NCBI GenBank assembly: GCA_963719315.1
Contig: CAVRBU010000006.1
Location: 96,001 to 160,000, forward strand
Direction: 5' to 3'
Origin: an uncultured Planctomycetota bacterium
Lineage (GTDB): Bacteria > Planctomycetota > Planctomycetia > Pirellulales > Lacipirellulaceae
Length of the DNA stretch: 64,000 nt
In this document: piece after piece, positions 31,215-39,963 of the stretch
Layout: every line of letters starts with the position of its first letter
Numbering within the stretch: the first letter of the stretch is position 1
Translations under genes and position numbers: made by a program
Notes under the pieces: generated by a model
What the model was told of the DNA's origin: nothing
The model's input: only the letters and a program-made list of their open reading frames with translations
Database searches by the model: none

Positions 31215-32351
31215 ATGAGTACCGTCCCGCAACTCGAGCCGCTGCCCGTGCCTCCGCCTTCGCCCCAGGAGGTGGCGGCCGGGGAGCGCGCACCCGCGGT
31301 TGGCTACTGGCGCGAAACCTGGCGACACTTCCGCCGCCGCAAGCTCAGCATGATCGCGCTCGCGTTCGTGAGCTTCCTCTGCCTGGTTGCGATCTTTTCC
31401 CCGGCCATCGTCGGCACGAAGCCGATCATCTGCAAGTACAAGGGTCATATCTATTTCCCGTGCCTCGGCTATTTCGTGCGCAGCTGGGAGAATCCCGTCT
31501 TCGTCAACGATCGTTTTCGCAACATCTACAGCACGTCGCTGAAACCAAAAGACCCCGATAGTTGGGCAATCTGGCCGTTGGTGTACCAAGATCCCTACCG
31601 CCGCGTGCGCGGTGACGAGTGGCCCGGCCAACCAGGTAATCCTCTCAGTGTTCAAGGTGAACCTAGCCGCCTGAATTGGTTCGGCACCGACCAGCAAGGC
31701 TTCGATGTCTTCGCCCAAATGGTGCACGGCACGCAGATCGCGCTCAGCGTGGGCTTTGTCTCCATGACCATCGCCGCAGCGATCGGTATAACGTTCGGCG
31801 CACTCGCCGGCTATCTCGGCGGTTGGGTCGATATGCTCATCAGCCGGTTGATCGAAGTCGTCATGTGCATCCCCACGCTAGTGCTCATTCTGGCGATCGT
31901 TGCAATGCTCGATCACGTCTCCAACTATCATCTTATGGCGATCGTCGGCATCACGAGTTGGACCGGCATCGCCCGCCTCACCCGCGCCGAATTCATGCGG
32001 CTTAAAGAGTTGGAATTTGTCTCCGCCGCCCGCGCGATGGGCGCCGGCAGATTGCGGATCATGTTCCGCCACTTGCTCCGCAACGCCCTCGCGCCCGTCC
32101 TTGTGCCCATCACCTTCGGCATCGCCGACGCGATTCTGATCGAAAGCGGCCTCAGCTACCTCGGCTTCGGCGCTTCGCCCCCCAATCCCAGTTGGGGCAC
32201 GCTGCTCCACTCCGGCCGCCTCGCGATCCAACAAATGTGGTGGCTGATCCTGTTCCCCGGCCTCGCCATCTTCATCACCGTCCTAGCTTACAACCTCATT
32301 GGCGAAGGCTTGCAAGAAGCGACGGATCCGAGGCTCAGACAGCCGTCGTAG
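31215..32351 (+). CDS. Peptide ABC transporter permease (DppC/OppC-like)
   Basis: WFGTDQQG.D, FVSAARAMGA, ESGLSYLG, PSWG, NLIGEGL. Confidence 0.92.
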   Translation: MSTVPQLEPLPVPPPSPQEVAAGERAPAVGYWRETWRHFRRRKLSMIALAFVSFLCLVAIFSPAIVGTKPIICKYKGHIYFPCLGYFVRSWENPVFVNDRFRNIYSTSLKPKDPDSWAIWPLVYQDPYRRVRGDEWPGQPGNPLSVQGEPSRLNWFGTDQQGFDVFAQMVHGTQIALSVGFVSMTIAAAIGITFGALAGYLGGWVDMLISRLIEVVMCIPTLVLILAIVAMLDHVSNYHLMAIVGITSWTGIARLTRAEFMRLKELEFVSAARAMGAGRLRIMFRHLLRNALAPVLVPITFGIADAILIESGLSYLGFGASPPNPSWGTLLHSGRLAIQQMWWLILFPGLAIFITVLAYNLIGEGLQEATDPRLRQPS

Positions 32352-32528
32352 TTGAGGGTTGAGGGTTGAGTGCTTGAAGCCACGGGGAGTCATGAAATGA
32401 TACAATTGCTACGATCGATGCGCCTGCGATACCGATCGATACTTCGGATCAGCGATACGTTCCATTTCTGGCTCTCGACTCTCGACTCTCGACTCTTGAC
32501 TCTCGACCATTCGCCCTCGACCCTAGAC
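32350..32528. repeat. Inverted heptamer-array pair (GTTGAGG)n...(CTCGACT)n inside the ABC operon
   Basis: Left GTTGAGGGTTGAGGGTTGAG; right CTCTCGACTCTCGACTCTCGACTCTTGACTCTCGAC. Confidence 0.75.
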
Positions 32529-32532
32529 CACC

Positions 32533-34502
32533 ATGCCCCCAGTCTTAGAAATCGCCGACCTCCGCACCTACTTCCACACTGAGGAAGGCGTCGTCCGCGC
32601 CGTCGACGATCTCTCCTTCCGCCTGGACCTGGGCCGCACGCTCGGCATCGTCGGCGAGAGCGGCTCCGGCAAGAGCGTCACATCACTCTCGATCATGCGG
32701 CTCCTTTCATCGAACGCTCGCATCGAGACGGGCCGCATCTCTTTCCTCGGCCAAGACCTCGTCGGCCTGCCCGAGCGGCAAATGCAATCGATCCGGGGCC
32801 GCGACATCAGCATGATCTTCCAAGAGCCGATGACTTCGCTCAACCCGGTCTTCACCGTCGGCGCGCAGATCATGGAAGCGATCATGCTGCACCAAAAAGT
32901 CAGCAAGGTCGAAGCTCGTCAGAAGACGATCGATCTCCTCCGCGAGGTCGGCATCAAGAAACCAGAGCAGCGTGTCGACGCGTACCCGCACCAAATGTCC
33001 GGCGGCCAGAAGCAGCGCGTGATGATCGCGATGGCTCTCAGTTGCAATCCTCAACTGCTCATTGCCGATGAGCCGACGACGGCCCTCGACGTCACGATCC
33101 AAGCCCAAATCCTCAAAATCCTCCGCAAGCTCCGCGACAACCGCGGCATGGCAATCATCTTCATCACGCACGATCTCGGCGTTATCGCCGAGATCGCCGA
33201 CGATGTGCTCGTGATGTACCGCGGCGAAGAAGTCGAGTATGCCCCCGTGCTCGAAATCTTCTCCAACCCCAAGCACCCGTACACCAAGGGCCTGCTCGCC
33301 TGCCGCCCGCGCCTCGAAACCAAATATCGCCGCCTGCCGACCGTCGACGACTTCATGGAAACCGTCCCCGTGGTGGCCACGTCGGGTGCCACTGCTGGCT
33401 CACCCAGCAATGCTCCGCCAGCCCTCGTTTCCACAACACCCACTACGAACGGCTTGAACCAGCTTGCACCACCGCCCCTGGTGCCACTGGCTCCGCCAGT
33501 GCCGGTTTCCGCGTCATCGAGAAGCAGATGACGCCGGATCGCCTCCTCCACCTCGAAACTGCCGGCCGCGGCCGCCTCCTTCATCCAAAAACCGAACTCA
33601 GTTGGATCGGCCACCCCTGGGAAGAAGGGCACCATGCCCCCGATACGCAAACGATCGCCGAAAACACGCAGCCCGTTCTCGCCGTGAAGAACTTGAAGGT
33701 CCATTTTCCCGTCCGCCGTGGCATCCTCGCCCGCGTTGTCGATTACATCCGCGCGGTCGACGATATCAGTTTCAACGTCTATCCCGGCCAAACGCTCGGC
33801 CTGGTCGGCGAAAGTGGCTGCGGAAAGACCACCACTGGCCGCGCGATTCTTCGCCTCATCGAACCGACCGCTGGCCACGTCCTCTATCGCGGCATCGACC
33901 TCGCCCAACTCAGCGGCGGCGAGCTCCGAGCCATGCGCGGCAAAATGCAAATCATCTTCCAAGACCCCTACGGCTCGCTCAACCCGCGGATGACGATCGA
34001 GTCCGCCATCACCGAGCCGATGGTCATCCAACGCATCGGCACGAGCCGCGCCGACCGCCGCGACCGCGCCGCCGAGCTGCTTCGCGAAGTCGATCTCACG
34101 CCCAACTTCCTCCGCCGCTATCCGCACGAATTCAGCGGCGGCCAACGCCAACGCATCTGCATCGCCCGCGCGCTGGCCGCCGGCCCTGAGTTCATCATCT
34201 GCGACGAATCGGTCTCCTCGCTCGACGTCAGCGTGCAAGCCCAAGTGCTGAACTTGCTTAAAGAGTTGCAAGACAAGCGCGGCCTCACGTATATCTTCAT
34301 CAGTCACGATCTGAGCGTCGTAAAATTCATGGCCGACATGATGGCCGTGATGAACAACGGCAAGATCGTCGAATTCGGTCCGTCGGAGAGCATCTACAAG
34401 AATCCCAAAGAGGCCTACACCCGCCGGCTGATCGACGCGACGCCGAAAGACGACATTAATCTCATCCGCCAACGCGTGGCGGAACGCGCCTCAACGGGGT
34501 AG
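32533..34502 (+). CDS. Peptide ABC transporter ATP-binding protein(s) (DppD+DppF-like); probably one fused gene with a frameshift in the REP-containing linker
   Basis: Two Walker A motifs ([16 protein letters not shown]) and SGGQ signatures; ORFs 32533-33531 and 33528-34502; the second frame is open upstream of its ATG (GFRVIEKQM). Confidence 0.85.
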
Positions 34503-34542
34503 ACTACTCCGTGCTGAGTACTTAGTACGGAGTACCCACCCC

Positions 34543-35061
34543 ATGGCGGCCGCTCGTTCCTTCACCGACCTACTCTTCTGGCAGCGTGCTCGCCAATGGT
34601 CTAAAGACATCTACCGGCTCACGCAACAATCACCATTCTCGAAAGACGAGCGCCTCGTTCGCCAAATCAACGATTCCACAGAATCCACCATGGCCAACAT
34701 GGCCGAAGGCTTCGGCCGAGGCACGCAAGAAGAGTTCATCACCTTTCTCGGCTACTCCCTTGGCAGCCTCGACGAAACGCAATCCCACCTCTGTGCCGCC
34801 TACGACCGCAGTCATATTGATAAAGATGCGTTCGCTCAGCTTTGGAGCGAAGGCATTGAGATCCGAAAAATGACCGTGGCCTTTATCCGCTCGATGATCT
34901 TGCCCCGCGGCGGCGTCCGCACGCTCGGCAAACCTCCAACTTGGTCAAACAAGACCTGGGAAATCTACGAGCGGGTCACCGGTCAGCCGCGCCCTTCGAT
35001 GTTCGCAGAACAACCTCCGGAAAACCCACTCCCACCCCGCAGCGACGAACCGCCCATTTAG
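34543..35061 (+). CDS. Four helix bundle protein (23S rRNA-IVP / Avd-like family)
   Basis: SFTDLLFWQRA, QINDSTESTMANMAEGFGR, FL.YSLGSLDETQSHL. Confidence 0.9.
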   Translation: MAAARSFTDLLFWQRARQWSKDIYRLTQQSPFSKDERLVRQINDSTESTMANMAEGFGRGTQEEFITFLGYSLGSLDETQSHLCAAYDRSHIDKDAFAQLWSEGIEIRKMTVAFIRSMILPRGGVRTLGKPPTWSNKTWEIYERVTGQPRPSMFAEQPPENPLPPRSDEPPI

Positions 35062-35171
35062 CGTACTCCGTACTCAGTACTATGTACCCAGTACACATCA
35101 CCTCCATCTTTTCCCGCCCCGTCTTAACCAGCCCTTAACCAACCGCCCCAATTCCACGCTACAATATCCCC

Positions 35172-36185
35172 ATGACCTCTCCCGACCCCACCCCCGCCGT
35201 TCCGATTACCCGCCGCGAGGCGCTCCGTCGCACCGTCATCTTCAGCGCCACCGCGCTCGCCTCAGGCCGCCCAGGGTTCCTCCGCGCCGCGCCCGCCGAA
35301 ACCGACTTCGCTAGCCGCGGGCTGCACCTGCTCGCGCTTGGTGACTACGGCACCAAGGGCGACGAGCGCCAAACCGCCGTTGCCCGCGCGATGGCCACGT
35401 TTGCCAAGTCGCTCGGCCAGCCTCTCGATGCCGTTCTCGCGCTCGGTGACAACTTCTACAAAAAGCTCACGCCAGATCGGTTCCAGAACCACTTCGAAAA
35501 GCTCTACTCGACCGACGGCCTCAACTGCCCCTTCTACGCCTGCGTCGGCAACCACGACTACGGCACCGCCGGTTACGACAGCCAGGAGGGCAAGCTGCAA
35601 ATGCAGCTCGACTACGCCAAGAACAACCCCCACTCGCGCTGGAAGCTGCCCGCCAAGTGGTACACCGTCGAGCTGCCCAGCGCCGACAAGCCGCTGGTCA
35701 AGATCGTCGTCCTCGACGGCAATTACTGGGCCGGCGCGCTAAAGCCGCAAGAAAAAATCGCCCAACGCCGCTTCCTCGAAGCCGAGTTCAAGAAGCGCTC
35801 GGCCGCCCCCTGGACCTGGGTCGTCAATCATTTTCCCCTCTTCAGCGACTGCGCAAAGCGCGGCGACGATACGGAGCTCATTCGCGAATGGGGAAAATTC
35901 CTGCAACAGTTTCCCGTCTCCCTCTGCTTCGCCGGCCACGACCACACCATGCAGCACCTACGCGTCGAAGGCTATCACCCCAGCTTCATCGTCTCCGGCG
36001 CCGGCGGCGCGAAGCTCTACGACATCCGGCCCAGCAAACGCGGCTTCTCCAACAACCACCACCTCGGCTTCAACCACATCCACGTCACGCCTGAAGAGCT
36101 CCACGTTCAATTCATCAACGCCGAAGGCGACTGCCTCCACCACTTCCAACGCGACCAGGCCGGCCAGATCAAAGTCCTGACTTAA
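35172..36185 (+). CDS. Tat-exported metallophosphoesterase (purple acid phosphatase-like)
   Basis: TRREAL Tat motif; GDYG, LGDNFY, GNHD, GHDH motifs. Confidence 0.9.
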   Translation: MTSPDPTPAVPITRREALRRTVIFSATALASGRPGFLRAAPAETDFASRGLHLLALGDYGTKGDERQTAVARAMATFAKSLGQPLDAVLALGDNFYKKLTPDRFQNHFEKLYSTDGLNCPFYACVGNHDYGTAGYDSQEGKLQMQLDYAKNNPHSRWKLPAKWYTVELPSADKPLVKIVVLDGNYWAGALKPQEKIAQRRFLEAEFKKRSAAPWTWVVNHFPLFSDCAKRGDDTELIREWGKFLQQFPVSLCFAGHDHTMQHLRVEGYHPSFIVSGAGGAKLYDIRPSKRGFSNNHHLGFNHIHVTPEELHVQFINAEGDCLHHFQRDQAGQIKVLT

Positions 36186-36298
36186 TGCGTTCGGGGCGAC
36201 AGCCCCCGGCAGAGCCGGGGGTGACGGTGCCTTGTTCCCCCGTCTGGCTAATTGCGAACAGCTTCCCAGCCCCTCTCTAATTGTGCAATAATCGGCAC

Positions 36299-36706
36299 AT
36301 GTCCGAACGGCCCGGGATTCGTGCGACTTCGTTTCACCACGTCACGCTCATTTGCGCGGATCTGGAAGCGACGCGACGATTCTACGTCGATTTTCTGGGA
36401 ATGACCGAGGTCCCGCGGCCGGCGTTCAAATTCCCCGGCCTGTGGTTTCAGTTGGGCGAAGTGCAGATTCATGCCACTCAGCAGAGTCCCGAAGCGGGCC
36501 AGGCCGGTTGGGGCGACCGCGGCAACAAAGTAACCTCCCGCGGCCACCATCTCGCCTTCGCGGTAGACGACGTGTCGCAAGCGTTGGCGACCATCGCCGC
36601 CCATGGCGTACGGATTGCTTCTCCCTTGCAACTGCGCCCCGATGGCTACCAGCAAGTCTATCTGTACGACCCGGACGGCCACATTGTCGAGCTAGTTTCC
36701 AAGTAA
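36299..36706 (+). CDS. VOC family (glyoxalase-like) protein
   Basis: HHVTL..ADLEATRRFY, HHLAFAVDD, DPDGHIVEL. Confidence 0.9.
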   Translation: MSERPGIRATSFHHVTLICADLEATRRFYVDFLGMTEVPRPAFKFPGLWFQLGEVQIHATQQSPEAGQAGWGDRGNKVTSRGHHLAFAVDDVSQALATIAAHGVRIASPLQLRPDGYQQVYLYDPDGHIVELVSK

Positions 36707-37374
36707 CAGCCCCCTCGACTCCAGCCATCGTCCCTAGCCCTTCGTTCCTCCTGGCTTCGCCGTCGTCGTCAACGAATTGGCCGTGATCTCTTCCATCCGA
36801 GACGCGACACGTGCAATACGCGGCGACTTTACGTCAGTTGACATCCGATTCGGCGCAATCCGTGCGCGCGAACGTGGCGTCGCGTTTGGAAGAGCAAGTT
36901 GTCAAAGAACGGCGAAGATATCGTGGATTGAACGTAGCACATCGCGGCGGCAATCTCCACAAGGATTCTTGGCCACCATTCCTTGGCCGGTCGGCCATCA
37001 AGAAAGCTGGCGATGCGGTATATATACCGCATCGCCAGATAGGAGTTTTGCCGTGTGGAGCTGCGACACTTATCATGGTGTATGCCGCGGCAACCGACGG
37101 CCGTTCGCCGCCACAGGCGGTCTAGGGCCCGGTATTCATGCCGGGTTTTCGGGCCCATGTTTTGTTTCGCGGCGACGTTGGTCCACGGCGTCGCTGCGGA
37201 TCAACGTCGCCGTAAAGATGGTTGGGCGCTCTGGTGACCCGGCATCAATGCCGGGCCTAGTATTGCGGAAGTAGGAGCGTGAACGCTCCTGCAAGCGTCG
37301 ATTTGATGACCGAAATTTCAGTTGCGGCGAATCGCTCTTGCAATACCTCGAACCTCGATGTATACCTCCGCTCC

Positions 37375-37728
37375 ATGTCGAAGCAATCGAATCCTGATTT
37401 TCTGAACGGGGTGCCTGAGTTGCTCGTTTTGCAACTGCTGGCGCGGCGTGCCATGTACGGGTACGAGCTTGTGCGGGCCATTGAGCAATCGAGTGAGCAG
37501 GTACTCGAGTTCGGCGAAGGCTGTATTTACCCGGTGCTCCATCGATTGGAAAAGGACGGCAATTTGGAGAGTCGTCGCGAAATTGTCGGCGGACGCAGTC
37601 GGGTCGTGTATCGCTTGACGGCCAATGGCCGAAAGCGGCTGCGGAGTCGTGTAGTTGCTTGGCGGAGCATTGTTGGGGCTGTGGATCAGGTTTTGCAGGG
37701 AGCGAAACATGGAAAACCAGCCGTCTAA
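37375..37728 (+). CDS. PadR family transcriptional regulator
   Basis: MYGYEL, GCIYPVLHRLEKDG, VYRLT..G. Confidence 0.92.
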   Translation: MSKQSNPDFLNGVPELLVLQLLARRAMYGYELVRAIEQSSEQVLEFGEGCIYPVLHRLEKDGNLESRREIVGGRSRVVYRLTANGRKRLRSRVVAWRSIVGAVDQVLQGAKHGKPAV

Positions 37729-38461
37729 TGACGAGCTTCGCGCCGAGCTTGTGCGGCGTGGACTGCCGCGTCCGTACATTGAGCGTTTGCTGTCGGAATT
37801 GGATGATCATTTCACGGATCTAATCGAGGAAAGGAGTTCCACGATGGGCGCGGCACGGAAGCTACAAATCGAATCGGACAAAGCACAACAGCGGCTGGGC
37901 GAGCCCGCGCAGCTGGCGCTATTTGCGGCGGAGCAGTATCACGCGCGGAGTTTCTGGGGACGGCATCCGGTGGTTACGTTCGTGTTCGGGCCATTGCCGA
38001 TGTTGGTCGCGTGTTGGATCGCGACGATGCTGAGCATAACTGGGATAGGGATGGGCCTGGCTTATGTTTGTGAGCATTGGTTTGGCTTGTCGCAAGCAAC
38101 TTGGAAACCCAAAGATCATCTTTGGGCCCAAGCGATCGTGATGGTCGCCGTCAGTTGGTTTGTGATTGTATTTCCTCCACTGGCGGTCGCAGGGCTGTTG
38201 TGCCGCGTCGCGCGACGCAATGCCGTGAATTGGCGTTGGCCAATTGTCGCGTGCACGCTGCTGGCGATCGTGGCCGGTTTACTTTCGGTTTCGTACCGCC
38301 TCGCTCTCGCATGGAATGAAGGCCAATTTACGGTCGGATTCAATTTCGGCTCTACAATGCAATGGCTGCTTATCAGCTATCTACCTAAATTCGCGGTCGC
38401 ACTTGGCATTGGTTTGTTGCTCATCAAACGCGCCCAGCAGCGGCTCGAGGTTGAAGCGTAA
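37709..38461 (+). CDS. PadR-associated membrane protein
   Basis: ELDDHFTD...RLGEP.QLA N-terminus followed by about four TM helices; overlaps padR. Confidence 0.8.
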   Translation: MENQPSNDELRAELVRRGLPRPYIERLLSELDDHFTDLIEERSSTMGAARKLQIESDKAQQRLGEPAQLALFAAEQYHARSFWGRHPVVTFVFGPLPMLVACWIATMLSITGIGMGLAYVCEHWFGLSQATWKPKDHLWAQAIVMVAVSWFVIVFPPLAVAGLLCRVARRNAVNWRWPIVACTLLAIVAGLLSVSYRLALAWNEGQFTVGFNFGSTMQWLLISYLPKFAVALGIGLLLIKRAQQRLEVEA

Positions 38462-38514
38462 ATATGCTCATTTTCGGACCATGGACCGTTGATCGTGGCG
38501 CTACCGTTCGATGC

Positions 38515-38642
38515 GCACAAAAAAGGATGCAGGAGCGGTCGTCGGCTGCGGGGGAGTGGGCCTCATGCCTTCCCTGCTGCCGACTTCCGGCTTCCTGCAT
38601 CGCGTGTGGTTGAGGGGCGAGGATCGAGTTTCGAGGAGCGAG
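38515..38642 (-). repeat. 128-bp direct repeat, copy A (long hairpin with U-tract)
   Basis: Near-identical to 39787-39914. Confidence 0.92.
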
Positions 38643-38682
38643 TCTGTTGGAATGCTCGCTCCTCGCCGCTCGTAACTCGCTC

Positions 38683-38799
38683 CTAGCTACATCCCATCGA
38701 TGAACCGCAGTTGTGGCAGAGGTAACAATTGCCGGCGCGGACAGTGATGGCGCCGCACGCGTCGCAGGCCGGGACGTCCGATTGGAAGTCGGCGAATTG
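38683..38799 (-). pseudogene. nrdJ: Duplicated 3' fragment of nrdJ (last 38 codons plus stop)
   Basis: Translates QFADFQSDVPACDACGAITVRAGNCYLCHNCGSSMGCS*; aligns to 39964-40080. Confidence 0.93.
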
Positions 38800-38826
38800 T
38801 GCGCACCATCACACTTTGGAACGAAG

Positions 38827-39414
38827 TCAGGCTTTCACTTCGCTGGCGAGCTCTCGCCAGCGGGTGATGCGGGGATCGCGGTGGCCGTAGAGTTCCAGCA
38901 AGGATTTGTCGATCCATTCGCGGTCCAGCGATGCTCCCTGGGACCGCATGATCGATTGGATATCGACAAAGTCTTTCTGCCGAAAAAACATCATTTTGAA
39001 AACGCACAGGGTTTCCGCGTCCCAAATGTACGCGCGCCGGCTTCCAATCGGGACTTGGCGACGGCGAGCTTTTGCCGATTCATAGAACGACGACATCGGC
39101 AGAAATACATCGAGTCGGATGCCGAGCAGCTGAACTTGGCAATAGCCGTGCTCGTTGAGCATGTCCGAAGCGCGGCGGCGGTCGAACTCGCAGCCGATCT
39201 TTTCGAGCAGTTGCGTGCAACCCGCCGAATCATCGAGCGGCAAGTAAAGCGTGACATCGACATCGAGCGTGCCGCGCGCCTCGGCCCAGAAGCCGAGCGC
39301 GATTGCGCCGCCCAGCGAAAAGTCGCAACCAGCGGCCTCGAGCCGAGCCGATAATTCTTCGGCAACTTGATATGAATCGGGATCAGCTGGTATTTTTGGG
39401 TCGTTGTTGGGCAT
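38827..39414 (-). CDS. Predicted nucleotidyltransferase (Pol-beta superfamily, TA-associated type)
   Basis: LGGAIAL...RGTLDVD motif, downstream LDVF, C-terminal K...R.KD..D. Confidence 0.75.
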   Translation of the reverse strand: MPNNDPKIPADPDSYQVAEELSARLEAAGCDFSLGGAIALGFWAEARGTLDVDVTLYLPLDDSAGCTQLLEKIGCEFDRRRASDMLNEHGYCQVQLLGIRLDVFLPMSSFYESAKARRRQVPIGSRRAYIWDAETLCVFKMMFFRQKDFVDIQSIMRSQGASLDREWIDKSLLELYGHRDPRITRWRELASEVKA

Positions 39415-39631
39415 GCCAGGCAAGGAATTCCCAAGTGGACACTGGCCACGGTTCGGGTGTCGGATCTGGTAAGCCGGCGCGGCGACGATCGCGTGCGAGC
39501 GCCGCTGTGGCGCGGCAGGCAAGAGCCAGGCGCCGCGATCGCTCCTCCAGGGAGAGCGTCAATGGAGGCTCGGGTTCCAGGCGTTTGATTGCCTCGATAG
39601 AGCTCATCAAACGTTTTTCTTCTCCAGCCAT
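39383..39631 (-). CDS. Small hypothetical protein, putative partner or antitoxin of the nucleotidyltransferase
   Basis: 82-aa ORF overlapping the NTase start; GGCGAGAG upstream. Confidence 0.6.
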   Translation of the reverse strand: MAGEEKRLMSSIEAIKRLEPEPPLTLSLEERSRRLALACRATAALARDRRRAGLPDPTPEPWPVSTWEFLAWHAQQRPKNTS

Positions 39632-39786
39632 GCTCTCGCCACCGATGGTTCCTCGATCCCTTGTATTCGCTGCTGCAATTATCTGTATAAGGAGCGGCAG
39701 ACGCAAACGGTAATTACGCCAGGACGAATTAGTGGGCGATGCGTGAAAGTAGAATCGTCAGGCGTTCGGCGTTGCTGCATTACTGG

Positions 39787-39914
39787 GCACAAAAAAGGAT
39801 GCAGGAGCGGTCGTCGGCTGCGGGGGAGTGGGCCTCATGCCTTCCCTGCGTTCGACTTCCGGCTTCCTGCATCCCGTGTGGTTGAGGGACGAGGATCGAG
39901 TTTCGAGGAGCGAG
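39787..39914 (-). repeat. 128-bp direct repeat, copy B (hairpin with U-tract; likely nrdJ terminator or structured 3' RNA)
   Basis: Minus strand GGATGCAGGA...TCCTGCATCC followed by TTTTTT. Confidence 0.9.
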
Positions 39915-39963
39915 AGTTCAAGGCACCCTCACCCCGGCCCTCTCCCGGAGGGAGAGGGAGTAA

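Noticed and set aside
33051..34472. Long antisense ORFs (also 25458-26969, 39929-41410, 60209-61894)
   Set aside because: Shadow or alternative frames of well-supported genes, expected in GC-rich DNA.
36777..37274. Protein-coding genes between the VOC and padR genes
   Set aside because: No ORF has a recognisable motif, RBS or typical codon usage.
39787..39875. SRP RNA, tRNA or cobalamin riboswitch
   Set aside because: Lacks the SRP helix-8 motif and a cloverleaf; lies 3' of nrdJ; no B12 box recognised.
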